From: Candidatus Latescibacterota bacterium
Lineage (GTDB): Bacteria > Latescibacterota > UBA2968 > UBA8231
Assembly: GCA_965221775.1 (NCBI GenBank)
Contig: CBDCSU010000005.1
Coordinates: forward strand, 736,001-800,000
DNA length: 64,000 nucleotides
Direction of reading: 5' to 3'
The notes under the pieces are model-generated. The model did not search any database. It was not told the origin of the DNA and saw only the letters and a list, made by a program, of their open reading frames with translations. Positions 46,065-56,267 of the stretch are shown in pieces. Both the position numbers and the translations under genes were made by a program. Position 1 is the first letter of the stretch. Every line of letters begins with the position of its first letter.

Positions 46065-47056
46065 GGGGCCTCCGCGTGCAGGTGGCAGGCCGCCCGGCGC
46101 TCGGCGCCCCCGTCACCGGCGGTCACCACCTCCAGGGCCGGCACGGTCTCGGGGCAGCGGTCGAACACCTGCGGGCAGCGCGGGTGGAAGGGGCACCCCG
46201 GCGGCGGCTCCAGCAGCGACGGCGGCAGGCCGGGGATGCCGCGGAACTCGCCCCGGCGGTCCAGGGACGGCAGGCTCTCCACCAGCAGGCGCGTGTACGG
46301 GTGGAGGGGCTCCTCGAGCAGGCCCCGCACCGGGCCCAGCTCGGCCAGCCGGCCGGCGTACATCACGCCGATGCGGTCGACGCACTGGGCCATGAGCCCC
46401 ATGTCGTGGCCCACCAGGATGACGGCGGCGTCCAGCTCCCGCTGCACCCGGAAGAGGGTGTCCATGACGCGCTTCTGCACGACCACGTCGAGGGCGCTGG
46501 TCGGCTCGTCGGCGATGATCACCCGCGGCCGCAGGGCCACGGCGATGGCCATGCCCACGCGCTGCTTCATGCCGCCGCTCAGCTCGTGGGGGTACATGCG
46601 CGCCACGGCGGGGTCCAGCTCGACCAGGGACAGCAGCTCCCGCACGCGCTCCCGCAGGGCGTCGCGGTCCGGCCGCTCCTCGTGGGCCTCGATGGTGTCG
46701 GCGATCTGGGCGCCGACGCGCATCACCGGGTTGAGGGAGTTCATCACCCCCTGGGGGATCAGGGAGATCCGCGAGAACCGCACCCCTCGCATCTCCTCGT
46801 CCGGCAGGGACAGCAGCTCCAGCTCGTCCAGGTGGACCCGCCCCGCCTCGATCCGCCCGGGGGGCCGGATCAGGCGCATGAGGGCCATGGCCGTCGTCGA
46901 CTTGCCCGAGCCCGACTCCCCCACCAGCCCGAGGCGCTCCCCGGCCCGCAGCTCGAAGCCGACGCCCTCCACGGCGCGCACCGGTCCGCCGCCGGTGTGG
47001 TAGTGGACGCGCAGCTCCTCCACGCGCAGCACCACGCGGCCCCCGGCGCCGCTCAC
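46061..47056 (-). CDS. Oligopeptide ABC transporter ATP-binding protein (OppD/DppD-like)
   Basis: GESGSGKS, LSGGMKQR, DEPTSALD, GCPFHPRC. GTGA overlap. Confidence 0.92.
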   Translation of the reverse strand: MSGAGGRVVLRVEELRVHYHTGGGPVRAVEGVGFELRAGERLGLVGESGSGKSTTAMALMRLIRPPGRIEAGRVHLDELELLSLPDEEMRGVRFSRISLIPQGVMNSLNPVMRVGAQIADTIEAHEERPDRDALRERVRELLSLVELDPAVARMYPHELSGGMKQRVGMAIAVALRPRVIIADEPTSALDVVVQKRVMDTLFRVQRELDAAVILVGHDMGLMAQCVDRIGVMYAGRLAELGPVRGLLEEPLHPYTRLLVESLPSLDRRGEFRGIPGLPPSLLEPPPGCPFHPRCPQVFDRCPETVPALEVVTAGDGGAERRAACHLHAEAP

Positions 47057-47907
47057 GAGGACCGCCACAGCCGCGGATTGGCGATGCGGTCCAGCCCCAT
47101 GGAGACCAGGAAGAGGCCGATGAAGATGAGCACGATCATCACCATGGGCGGCGCCCACCACCACCACATGCCGCGCAGCAGCGAGGTGTAGAAGAGGGCC
47201 CAGTAGATGGTCATGCCGAGGGTGGGGTCGTTCTGGGGGCCCAGGCCCAGGGCCTCCAGGCCGATGGAGGCCAGCACCGCCGCGGCCACGGCGCTGACGA
47301 AGCTGGCCGCCAGGTAGGGCAGCAGGTTGGGCAGCAGCTCCCGGGCGATGATCTCCAGGTCGCCCATGCCGGAGAGCCGCGCCACCTGCACGTAGGCGCG
47401 CTCGCGCATGGACAGCACCTGGGCGCGGATCGTGCGCGTCGGCAGCATCCACGCCAGGGAGGCGACCACCAGCGCCATCATGTCGACGGTGACCGCCGTG
47501 CGCAGCGACGTGGCCAGCACCACCAGGAAAAGCAGGCCGGGCACGGTGAGCAGCACGTCGGCGGCGCCCCGGATCAGGGTGTCGGGCAGGCCTCGGAAGT
47601 AGCCGGCCACGAAGCCGAGAATGATGCCGATGCCGAGCCCCACGGCGCCGGCGAGGAAGCCGACTCGCAGAGTGAGGGGCGTGCCCGCCACCATCACCGC
47701 CATCAGGTCCCGCCCCGCCGCGTCGGTGCCGAGGGGGTGCTCCAGGGACGGCGTCAGGTTGGCCGCCGCCGAGCCGACGCGGGCCTGATCGGTGTCGACG
47801 AAGAGGGACCCCACGGGGCCGAAGGCCAACACCACGAAGACGATGGCCAGACCCGCCGCCAGCTGCGGGTGGCGGCGCGCCGCCGCGGAGATCCGCGAGA
47901 GCCTCAT
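47053..47907 (-). CDS. ABC transporter permease (OppC/DppC-like)
   Basis: HPLGTDAAGRD, EAA-like loop, ATGA overlap. Confidence 0.92.
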   Translation of the reverse strand: MRLSRISAAARRHPQLAAGLAIVFVVLAFGPVGSLFVDTDQARVGSAAANLTPSLEHPLGTDAAGRDLMAVMVAGTPLTLRVGFLAGAVGLGIGIILGFVAGYFRGLPDTLIRGAADVLLTVPGLLFLVVLATSLRTAVTVDMMALVVASLAWMLPTRTIRAQVLSMRERAYVQVARLSGMGDLEIIARELLPNLLPYLAASFVSAVAAAVLASIGLEALGLGPQNDPTLGMTIYWALFYTSLLRGMWWWWAPPMVMIVLIFIGLFLVSMGLDRIANPRLWRSS

Positions 47908-48974
47908 CGGCGGTAGGCGATGCGCGGGTCGAGGAGCGGGTAGACGAGGTCGAGGATCAGGGTGACCGTGGCGATGGCGAGGATGACCATGACCACCACC
48001 CCGTAGATGACGAAGTAGTCGAAGGTCTGCACGGCGCGGTAGAGGACCGTGCCCACCCCGGGATAGGCGAAGACGACCTCCACCAGCACCGCCCCGGAGA
48101 CGACGTAGCCCATGGCCAGGGCCAGGGCCGTGGTCTGCGGCAGCATGGCGTTGCGCAGGGCGTAGCGGAAGAAGATGTCGCGGCTCTTCAGGCCCCGGGC
48201 CTCGGCGTAGTTGACGTAGTCCTCGCCCTGCACGGTGACCATCATGCCGCGCATGGACAGGGCCCAGAACCCCACCGAGGAGAGCACGATCGACAGGGCC
48301 GGCACGATGGAGTGGTAGACCACGTCGAGGGCGTAGGAGAGGCTCGGGCCGGGCAGGGTCCCCAGGGTGAAGCCGCCGCCGAGGGGGAAGGCGCGCAGGG
48401 TGAAGCCGAGGAGGAAGACGAGGACCAGCCCGAGGAGGTAGTAGGGGATCGCCGACAGGGCCAGGAAGGGGGCGGCGAAGTAGTGCAGGGCCCCGGGCGA
48501 CCGCGGCCAGGCCAGCAGGGCGCCGAGGACGGTGCCTAGGGCGAAGGCGATGAGGGTGGCCGTGGTCAGCAGGCCGAGGGTCCACGGCAGGGCCCGCAGG
48601 ATGATGTCGGAGGCGCGGCTCGGGAAGTTGGCGATGGAGACCCCGAAGTCGAGGCGGGCCACGTCCCCGAGGTAGCGCAGGTACTGCTTCCACAGAGGCT
48701 GGTCGAGCCCGAAGCGGGCCTCGTACGTGGCCACCACCGCCTCCATGTCGGTCTTGCCCGCGCCCCCGAAGGAGACCGCCTGCAGCAGGCGCTCGCGGAT
48801 CGGGTTCACCGGGGCCATGCGGGGCATCATGAAGTTGATCGTCGCCCCGGCCCAGATGACCAGGAGGAAGACGCCGAAGCGGCGGAGGACGTAGTTGAGG
48901 CTCAAGTCGGGGCGATATCCCGGGGCCGGGCTTTCAGGGTGAGCGGAAGCGTTGGAAGAAAGCGGATCGGGCAT
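47904..48974 (-). CDS. ABC transporter permease (OppB/DppB-like)
   Basis: FGLDQPLWKQY, DFGVS, YAEARGL, EVVFAYPGVG, DPRI. Confidence 0.92.
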   Translation of the reverse strand: MPDPLSSNASAHPESPAPGYRPDLSLNYVLRRFGVFLLVIWAGATINFMMPRMAPVNPIRERLLQAVSFGGAGKTDMEAVVATYEARFGLDQPLWKQYLRYLGDVARLDFGVSIANFPSRASDIILRALPWTLGLLTTATLIAFALGTVLGALLAWPRSPGALHYFAAPFLALSAIPYYLLGLVLVFLLGFTLRAFPLGGGFTLGTLPGPSLSYALDVVYHSIVPALSIVLSSVGFWALSMRGMMVTVQGEDYVNYAEARGLKSRDIFFRYALRNAMLPQTTALALAMGYVVSGAVLVEVVFAYPGVGTVLYRAVQTFDYFVIYGVVVMVILAIATVTLILDLVYPLLDPRIAYRR

Positions 48975-49119
48975 GGGGGAGAAAGTCCCGGAACATTGAG
49001 CCCCCCCGGCCCCCCGAGGCCCCCCATGGAAGAAGCCGTCCGAAGACCCCGTCCGCCTCGTGCCCGAGGCTTTCGGTGGATCCGGACGGCTTCTCGGCTG
49101 ATGCCGCGGGACCGCTCCG

Positions 49120-50934
49120 CTACTCGAGGTAGAGCAGCCGCTGCGTCTCCACCCCGCCGGGATGGCTCAGGCGGGTGATGTAGACCCCCGACGACAGGGA
49201 GACGCCGTGCTGGTCGCGGGCGTCCCACTCCACCTGGTAGAAGCCGGCGCCCTGGAACCGATCCACCAGCGTGCGCACCGGCTGGCCCAGCACGTTGTGG
49301 ATCACCAGCTGCACCGGCCCGGGGCTGGACAGGTGGTAGGCGATCTGCGTGGAGCTGTTGAAGGGGTTGGGCGCGGCGAGTGCCAGACCGGCGGCCGATG
49401 CCAGGGACTTGGCTGCGGCCAGGGGCTCGGCGCGGACAACCCAGACGCCGCCGCCCAGGGCCAGGCGCACGACGTGGCGCTGGTTGCGATTGAGAGGGAT
49501 GCTGTGCCACTGGCCGACGGTCTCGCCGGCGGCGTTGTGGGCCCGGGCCTGGTACAAGCCGCTCACCTGCCTCCCGCCGGAAATCGTCAGGGAGGCCTGG
49601 CCGTCGGCATCGGTGACCGCGCTCCAGGCGTAGTCGGACTGGCGGCCGGAGATTGCGCGGGAGAACTCGACAGTCAACCCCTCGACGGCGTCGCCCAGGA
49701 CCGTGGCCTCCACTTCCATACGGGGACCCGTCGGCACATCCTCGGGTGAGCTCCGATATAAGCCCGACCCGACGACGAAGTTGAGGGTTACTACCCGTTC
49801 GCCTGTATCGAATTCACCTTTGAACTCACGGGCGTAGCCCAACTTGGGGATGTCCGCCCTGTCGGTGTCGTCACCGGGATCGTCGTAGTAATACTCCACG
49901 AACCCGCCCTCCGGGTCGCTGGCCGCCGCAGCGAGGACCTGCGGCAGGATGAGCTCACCGGTACGGCCGTCCCGTGCGATCCCCACCAGGGGCCGCAGCT
50001 CGAATCTGTCCGGATCCGCGCCGTGAAACAGGACTATCCTGCTGGCGAGATCCAGGACGTAGAGGTAGACGGACCCCTCTCTCCAGGGTCCGTTCGGATC
50101 CCGCAGGGCGATCCTGAGTTTCGAGGACGCAGCCAGATCGCCGCTCTGCTGGAACTTGACGATGAACTCCCCCGCTTGCGTGACGAAGGCCTTCAAGGTT
50201 TCCCGGTCCACCACGTCCCCGGCAGCAACGGCCGGGTCGCCGTAATCGATCTCTTCTCCAATCACATGAGATTCATCGAGTTCGAATCCTGCAAGCAGCA
50301 CGATGGGAACCCCGAAATTGGCCGAGCGATAGACGACTGCATAGCCGGAGGCGCCTGGTATACCCTCACTCAGACCCGGTATAGGGGAGGTCGCATCGAA
50401 TGGGGCATCCGGTCCCTGCAACAACGTGCCCATGACGGCGCCGAAAGCCTGGGCGGCGGTAGCCGAATCTGGAGAAGCCAGATTGACCAAGTTGGCTACG
50501 GGTACTCCCAGAGAGGAAAGGATCGTCCCATAGATCACCGGGTTGAGCAACCTGCCCGACAGAGACATGTCCTTCGAGTGAGTGAACACCCTGCCGTCGG
50601 CCAGCAGTGACACCAGGTAGGTGGAACCGGAACGCCAATGGCTCCCCTCCTGCCTGATGAGACATCCAAAGTAGAACGATTCTTCCGGAGTCTCTTGACC
50701 CCCGCTGAACTGATCTCTCGCGGCCAGCGCGAAGTCCATCAGGGTGGCGCTGCCGTCTTCCACCTGTCGCGCCGTCACATGCGGTTCCTCGGGAGGATCA
50801 GCGCCCTCAGGGAGCCCACATTCATCCTGTGTCTGCGCCAGGGGGGGGAGGGCCAGGAACAAGACGCTGGCCAGCACGAGGGGGCCGAGAACCAGGATCA
50901 TCGGTTTCGGGACGGGTGGTTTTCCGGCTTTCAT
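49120..50934 (-). CDS. Secreted Cache-domain protein with C-terminal Ig-like and FlgD-like domains
   Basis: Signal peptide. Cache-like GPWREGSVYLYV...FHGA...GGFVEYYYDDP...KLGYA. C-terminal APNPFNS...WDARD...SSGVY. Confidence 0.75.
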   Translation of the reverse strand: MKAGKPPVPKPMILVLGPLVLASVLFLALPPLAQTQDECGLPEGADPPEEPHVTARQVEDGSATLMDFALAARDQFSGGQETPEESFYFGCLIRQEGSHWRSGSTYLVSLLADGRVFTHSKDMSLSGRLLNPVIYGTILSSLGVPVANLVNLASPDSATAAQAFGAVMGTLLQGPDAPFDATSPIPGLSEGIPGASGYAVVYRSANFGVPIVLLAGFELDESHVIGEEIDYGDPAVAAGDVVDRETLKAFVTQAGEFIVKFQQSGDLAASSKLRIALRDPNGPWREGSVYLYVLDLASRIVLFHGADPDRFELRPLVGIARDGRTGELILPQVLAAAASDPEGGFVEYYYDDPGDDTDRADIPKLGYAREFKGEFDTGERVVTLNFVVGSGLYRSSPEDVPTGPRMEVEATVLGDAVEGLTVEFSRAISGRQSDYAWSAVTDADGQASLTISGGRQVSGLYQARAHNAAGETVGQWHSIPLNRNQRHVVRLALGGGVWVVRAEPLAAAKSLASAAGLALAAPNPFNSSTQIAYHLSSPGPVQLVIHNVLGQPVRTLVDRFQGAGFYQVEWDARDQHGVSLSSGVYITRLSHPGGVETQRLLYLE

Positions 50935-51067
50935 GGGGTTCTCCTACTCGAAGGTGATTTCAAGACAAGTGAATGAATAGTGGAAACGCATCCGAAACGT
51001 CAACAGACGGCCCCGGCCGCGGCGGGGGACCGGCGCGGTGGAAGGCCGACTCCCGTGGGGCCCCTCC

Positions 51068-52465
51068 CTACTCGAAGAGCAGGTACCCGAACCGGTCCGG
51101 CCGTTCCGCGTAGCCGTAGGTGGGCACCCACTGGGCGTACTCCGAGGCGTTGCCGGTGCGCACCCTGCAGATGTTGAAGCCCCACACGTCGCCGGGAGCG
51201 AAGGCCGCCCCCTTGAGACCTGCCGCCGGCAGGGCCACCTCGGCCACCCAGAAGGTGTCGGCCACGAAGGTGGCGATCTCGACCCGGGTGCTCCACGACC
51301 GTCCCTCCCCGTAGGCGCCGTCGGCGTCGTCGGCCACCGTTCCCAGGCTGTTGATGATGAACTGGAAGAACGACCGCGAGTCGTGGTTGGTGTCGAGGAA
51401 GATCTCGATGCAGTCGTCCCTGTAGATCTCCCGGGAGTCCCTTTGGGTGGCGTCGGCCACCAGGCCGGCCGTGTCCTCCTCGTACCCCTTCACGGCGAAG
51501 TAGAGGGTCTGGCCGTGGTAGCCGAGGCGGGCCTCGGCCCGTCCCCTGGCCGGATGCGGGGCGAGACGATGGATGCACTGGTAGAACTCCTCGATCGGCT
51601 CGACCGCGCCCCAGGCCGGGTCGTCGAGCCGGCCGTCGACCGCCGGCGGACTCGGCAGGGGACGGGCGGCGGCCACCATGCCGAGAGCCGCGAGGTGCTC
51701 CAGTCCCCGCCGCCGCTCGCCCATCTCGTAGTAGAGGCGGCCCAGCTTCTGGCCGATGTTCAGGCTCCCCGGGACCAGGTCCAGGGCCTCCCGCAGCAGG
51801 CTCTCGGCGCCGGCCGCGTCGGCCGCCAGGTAGAGCTTGCGGGCCTCGACCGCCATGTGATCGGCCACCACCTCCAGCCACTCGCGGCGCTCGCGGTCCA
51901 GGGAGTCGGGCCGTTCCACGGCGCCCATCCGCACGAGCCGCCCGGTGAGGCTGTCCACCTGGGAGGCGCTGAACAGGGAGAGATCGAGGCGGTTGTCGTC
52001 GAGGCACATCAGCTCCAGGGCCTGCAGGATCTCGCCCTGCATGACGGGGTCCTCCTCGACGGAGAGCCGATGCAGCAGGGGGTCGACCGACTCCGGCCGC
52101 CGCAGGTTGCCCAGGGCCCGGGCGGCGGCGGCACGGACCCCCGGCTCCGGGTCGGCCACGGCCCGCAGCAGGGCCGGCAGGATGGCCGGCTGCTCCTCGC
52201 GCAGGTGCAGCCGGTAGAGGGCCTGGACGAAGTCGATGCGCGCCCGCACCGGAAGGCTCCGGTCGTCGAGGGCGCGCACCAGCGGCTCCACGGCCCGGGC
52301 CTTGGCCATGTTCAGCTCCAGGCGCGCCTCCTCCACGCCCTCGCCGCCCTCGACGATGCGGGCGATGCTCCGCTCCACGGGGTCGCCGCAGGCGCCCGTC
52401 AGCAGCGCCAGAGGGGGGATCAGCAGGCGCCGGAGCCGGAGCCGGCCCCGGCCGCGGTTCCTCAC
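51068..52465 (-). CDS. Lipoprotein with HEAT repeats, TPR-like helix and C-terminal CBM9-like sugar-binding domain
   Basis: TGAC lipobox, DPEPGVRAAAARALG, VDGRLDDPAW, DDCIEIFLD, WGFNICR. Confidence 0.75.
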   Translation of the reverse strand: MRNRGRGRLRLRRLLIPPLALLTGACGDPVERSIARIVEGGEGVEEARLELNMAKARAVEPLVRALDDRSLPVRARIDFVQALYRLHLREEQPAILPALLRAVADPEPGVRAAAARALGNLRRPESVDPLLHRLSVEEDPVMQGEILQALELMCLDDNRLDLSLFSASQVDSLTGRLVRMGAVERPDSLDRERREWLEVVADHMAVEARKLYLAADAAGAESLLREALDLVPGSLNIGQKLGRLYYEMGERRRGLEHLAALGMVAAARPLPSPPAVDGRLDDPAWGAVEPIEEFYQCIHRLAPHPARGRAEARLGYHGQTLYFAVKGYEEDTAGLVADATQRDSREIYRDDCIEIFLDTNHDSRSFFQFIINSLGTVADDADGAYGEGRSWSTRVEIATFVADTFWVAEVALPAAGLKGAAFAPGDVWGFNICRVRTGNASEYAQWVPTYGYAERPDRFGYLLFE

Positions 52466-53358
52466 CCCGAGTGGCCGGGCAGGAAGGTCTCCGGCCACTT
52501 CGGCTCGTAGTCGCTCTCGAAGAGCCAGTCGAAGCCGTCGGGCACGAGGTGGGAGCGGTCGGGGCGGAGCCGTTCGGCCAGGGCCGGGAACAAGGCCATC
52601 AGCGAGTCCCGCTGGCCCTTCGGCAGGCCGCAGCGGACGCCCTCGGCGACCCACGGGGAGAGCATCGCCTTGCGCGCCACCCGGTCCTCGTTCTGCCAGG
52701 CCGAGTGCAGGCCGCTGCTGCACAGCACCAGGACCTGGCCGCGGCGGGCCACGCAGGGCACCGGCTCGCGCTCGATCCAGGGCGCCCCTTCGGGGTCCGG
52801 CAGGTGCTCGGGGAAGGCCGGCGCCTGCGGCGGCACGGGCGGCGGCCGCAGGCCGTGCACGCGGGGCAGCATCGCCTTGTGCTCGGGCGTCAGCACGCGG
52901 TCCCAGTACTCCATGATCGGCCGGTAGCTGCCGGGCAGGACGCGCATGGCGCCGCGGTGGGCGGGCACGTCGTTGAGCCAGAACCACAGCTCGACGCGGA
53001 TGCGCCGGGGCGTGGCCGTGAAGTCCGACCAGGTGGCCTGCACGTCGGTGTGGCACCCGGCCGCCCACTGCTCGCGGGGGTCGGCGTAGGGCGGCTGCGC
53101 CGGGGCGCGCGCATGGGGCCCCATGCTCCACCAGAAGTGCACGGCCCGGGCGCGCAGCACCCTCGCCGCCACCTCCTCGAAGAACGGGTGCTGCAGGGCG
53201 TCGAGGTAGTCCGGCTCCTCATACGGGGCTCCCCTCCTCGCCCTCAGCCGGTCCCAGGCCGCCTCCACCCGGTCCAGCTCCCGGTCGGTGAGGGGGCCGT
53301 CGATGGTGACAGCGCCCCGCTCCTCGTACTCCGCCAGTTGTGCGTCGGTGATGGCCAT
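52462..53358 (-). CDS. PhyH-family dioxygenase
   Basis: CHTD (HxD), GAMRVLPGS, GLHSAWQN. Confidence 0.82.
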   Translation of the reverse strand: MAITDAQLAEYEERGAVTIDGPLTDRELDRVEAAWDRLRARRGAPYEEPDYLDALQHPFFEEVAARVLRARAVHFWWSMGPHARAPAQPPYADPREQWAAGCHTDVQATWSDFTATPRRIRVELWFWLNDVPAHRGAMRVLPGSYRPIMEYWDRVLTPEHKAMLPRVHGLRPPPVPPQAPAFPEHLPDPEGAPWIEREPVPCVARRGQVLVLCSSGLHSAWQNEDRVARKAMLSPWVAEGVRCGLPKGQRDSLMALFPALAERLRPDRSHLVPDGFDWLFESDYEPKWPETFLPGHSG

Positions 53359-53524
53359 TCTCAGCCCTCCTTCCGGCGCCGAAAATCGGCGAATCGCCGG
53401 CGCTCGCGCAACAGGAGCCGAGGGTGAGGCCGTGAACCTGCAGGTGGGCGGGCACGCGCCGCTTCACCTGGGCCGCTGGGCGGAACTGACCCAGGACCTG
53501 GAGCTCACGGCCGGGGCGTCGTGC

Positions 53525-54352
53525 TCAGCGGTCCGGCCACTCGTAGGCGGCCCTGGCGTTCTTCCAGAAGAACCTCGCGGCCGCCTCGGCCCCCTTTTCG
53601 TCGAAGTACTCGCGCACGATGCTGAAACCGGTGGCGTAGGGCGCCGCCCGCTCGCACACCGGCCAGTTGCTCCCGTAGAACAGGCGCTCCCCGCCAAAGG
53701 CGTTCCACATCGCATCGAGGGCCGGCCGGTAGTAGCCGACGTCGCCGGGGGCGGGTTGCTCGGCGCTGTTCTCGGTCAGGGCCGACACCTTCATGTAGAC
53801 GTTGGCGTGGGCGCCTGCCGCCTCGATGAAGCCGGTCCACTCCGGGTCGGGTGGCCCGCCGTCGACAGCCGCGTTGGCGACATGCTCGATCACCAGGGTG
53901 AGTTCCGGCAGCTCCCGGGCCAGGCGCAGGAAGCCGGCGCGCGCCCCGTCGTCGGCCGGCACGCAGTCGAGGACGAGGTTGTGATCGGCCAGCAGCTTCA
54001 TCTCGTCGAGGAAGCCGCCGTCGAGGTCGCCCCAGGCGCGGATGCCGCGGAAGACCGGATGGGCGGCGAAGCGCTCCACCTGCTCCGCGAACCTCGGGGT
54101 GCCGCTCTCGAGCCGGCCCACGTAGCCGACGATGACGGGGTCGCCGTCGGCCATGTCGAGGATCCACTGGTTGTCCTCCACCGTGCAGGCCGCCTCGACC
54201 ACCACCGTCCCGGTCACCCCGCACGGGGACGCCTCGGCCAGGAAGTGCTCGGGCAGGACGGTGCGGTACAGCAGTTCCTCGTCCGGCGACGGCCAGGGCA
54301 CGCCTTCGGGCCGGCTGGGATCGTAGAAGTGGGTGTGGGTGTCGATGATCAT
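53525..54352 (-). CDS. Amidohydrolase_2 family protein
   Basis: IIDTHTHFYD, VIEHVA, YMKVS, FYGSNWP. Confidence 0.88.
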   Translation of the reverse strand: MIIDTHTHFYDPSRPEGVPWPSPDEELLYRTVLPEHFLAEASPCGVTGTVVVEAACTVEDNQWILDMADGDPVIVGYVGRLESGTPRFAEQVERFAAHPVFRGIRAWGDLDGGFLDEMKLLADHNLVLDCVPADDGARAGFLRLARELPELTLVIEHVANAAVDGGPPDPEWTGFIEAAGAHANVYMKVSALTENSAEQPAPGDVGYYRPALDAMWNAFGGERLFYGSNWPVCERAAPYATGFSIVREYFDEKGAEAAARFFWKNARAAYEWPDR

Positions 54353-54426
54353 CGGAGTACTCTCTTCCGGGTGGTGATCGCCGCTCGCGAAGACAGGCAG
54401 GCTTCCCGGCCGGAGGCGGCCGGGGG

Positions 54427-56193
54427 TCAGCCGTCGGCGGGGCGGATCGTGACGTAGTAGGAGCCGATGGTCCGCTCCCCGCGGTCGTGGAAAGCCGCCG
54501 AGAGCTGATCGGTACCGGCCGCGAGGGATACCTCGAAGACCGCCGCCGTTTCGCCGGGAGAAGTCTCCTGGTGGTAGCTCCTGCCGCCCACCGTCAGCGC
54601 CGCCCGGCCGATGGCCAGCGCCACTCCGCCGCTGTAGTGCGGGGCGTGCCGCTCCTGGATGGCGTCGCGGCGCCACTCGACGTCGTCGCCGTCGATGCCG
54701 GCGTCCAGGGCATGGCCGGCGTCCTCCGGCCAGCGGCGCAGCTCGACGCGGTAGGGGCCGGCGCGGCGCACATCGATCGCCCAGTAGCCGCTGGCGACGT
54801 GGCCCGCCCGCACCTGGCGCTGGTTCCAGGCGCCGTTGCACGCCTCGTTGCGCAAGTCGTGGGTGGTGAGCCGCACCGGCTCGGCGCCGCCGCCGACCAC
54901 CATCGGCACGTCGCAGTCGAACTGCCCGGAAACCAGTTCCCACCACTGCTCGTACCCGGCGCGCAGCTCGGCCACCACACCGGGATGGCCGGCGGCGATG
55001 TCGCGGCGCTGGCCGGGGTCCTCGCCGAGGTGGTACAGCTCCTGGCCGTGCACCAGGCGCCAGGGGCCGCGCATCACCGAGCTCAGGCGCCACTTCGCGG
55101 GATGGGCGATGCGCTGCGTGTCGGCCACCAGGACCCGCTCTCCCCAGGTGCCGTCGTCGTCGCCGCGCATGAGCGGCGCCAGGCTGCGGCCGTGGAAGGA
55201 GCGCTCCTCCGGCGGCGTCACCCCGCACAGGTCCAGGATCGTGGGCATGAAGTCGACGTAGCTGGTGAGATGCCCCACGTCGCGGCCGCCGCCGGCGCCG
55301 GCGCCAGGGTAGCGCAGGAAGAAGGGCACGCGGTGCCCGCCTTCGTAGGGCGACCCCTTCTTGCCGCGCATGCCGGCGTTGAAGCTGCCCGGCCCTTCCC
55401 GCGGGAACCCGTGCGCGTCCAGCTCCACGCCGGTGGCGGTGCCGTTGTCGGTCATGAAGACGACGATGGTGTTGTCCGCGAGGCCGAGATCGTCCAGCCG
55501 CTGCAGCAGCACGCCGATGCTCTCGTCGATGTTGGTGATCATGCCGTAGAAGCGGGCGCGGTCCTCGTGGGGGGTGGAGTCGGCGTAGGCTTCCGCATAG
55601 CGCGGCTCGACGTTCAGCGGGCCGTGGGGCGCGTTGGTCGCGATGTGGCAGTAGAACGGCTCGTGTTGGTGCTCTTCGATGAAGCGCAGGCCCTCGCGGA
55701 AGAACACGTCGGTGCAGTAGCCGTCGAACCTCGTCGGCACGCCGTTCACGTAGTACGTGTCGTCGAAGTAGTCGTTGCCCCAGGCGTCGCCGATGTTGCC
55801 GATGCCGCCGCCGTTGTGGTAGACGGCGCGCTCGAAGCCGCGCTCGTGGGGGCGGAAGGGCTGGCTGTCGCCCAGGTGCCACTTGCCGAACTGGCCGGTG
55901 CGGTAGCCGGCCTCCCGCAGGGCGTCGGCCAGGGTCCACTCGTCCTCTCGCAGCAGCGAACGCCCGCCGATGGTGTGCCACACGCCGGCGCTGTTGCAGA
56001 AGTGGCCGGTGAGCAGGCCGGCGCGGGTGGGGGCGCAGGTGGTGCCCACGTGGAAGTCGGTGAAGCGTACCGAGCTGGCGGGGAAGCGGTCCAGGTTGGG
56101 GGTGCGGATGGCGTCGTTGCCGTGGCACCCCAGGTCGCCGTAGCCCTGATCGTCGGTCAGGACGAGTACGAGATTCGGTCTGCCTGCGGCCAT
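54427..56193 (-). CDS. Arylsulfatase (Cys-type, FGly-dependent), no signal peptide
   Basis: PNLVLVLTDDQGYGD, CAPTRAGLLTG (CxPxR), GKWHLG, TDNG. Start may be 56205. Confidence 0.93.
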   Translation of the reverse strand: MAAGRPNLVLVLTDDQGYGDLGCHGNDAIRTPNLDRFPASSVRFTDFHVGTTCAPTRAGLLTGHFCNSAGVWHTIGGRSLLREDEWTLADALREAGYRTGQFGKWHLGDSQPFRPHERGFERAVYHNGGGIGNIGDAWGNDYFDDTYYVNGVPTRFDGYCTDVFFREGLRFIEEHQHEPFYCHIATNAPHGPLNVEPRYAEAYADSTPHEDRARFYGMITNIDESIGVLLQRLDDLGLADNTIVVFMTDNGTATGVELDAHGFPREGPGSFNAGMRGKKGSPYEGGHRVPFFLRYPGAGAGGGRDVGHLTSYVDFMPTILDLCGVTPPEERSFHGRSLAPLMRGDDDGTWGERVLVADTQRIAHPAKWRLSSVMRGPWRLVHGQELYHLGEDPGQRRDIAAGHPGVVAELRAGYEQWWELVSGQFDCDVPMVVGGGAEPVRLTTHDLRNEACNGAWNQRQVRAGHVASGYWAIDVRRAGPYRVELRRWPEDAGHALDAGIDGDDVEWRRDAIQERHAPHYSGGVALAIGRAALTVGGRSYHQETSPGETAAVFEVSLAAGTDQLSAAFHDRGERTIGSYYVTIRPADG

Positions 56194-56267
56194 GGGACCC
56201 CTCATCCTCGAGGCTCAGGCGACTCCAGGCGGCTCTTCCGTGACGCTCCAACGGCCGAAGGCTCTCG

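Noticed and set aside
49031-49094. 12-bp inverted repeat (agaagccgtccg/cggacggcttct) as a possible MITE or riboswitch
   Set aside because: Single copy, with no target duplication or recognisable aptamer. Probably a 3' stem-loop or terminator.
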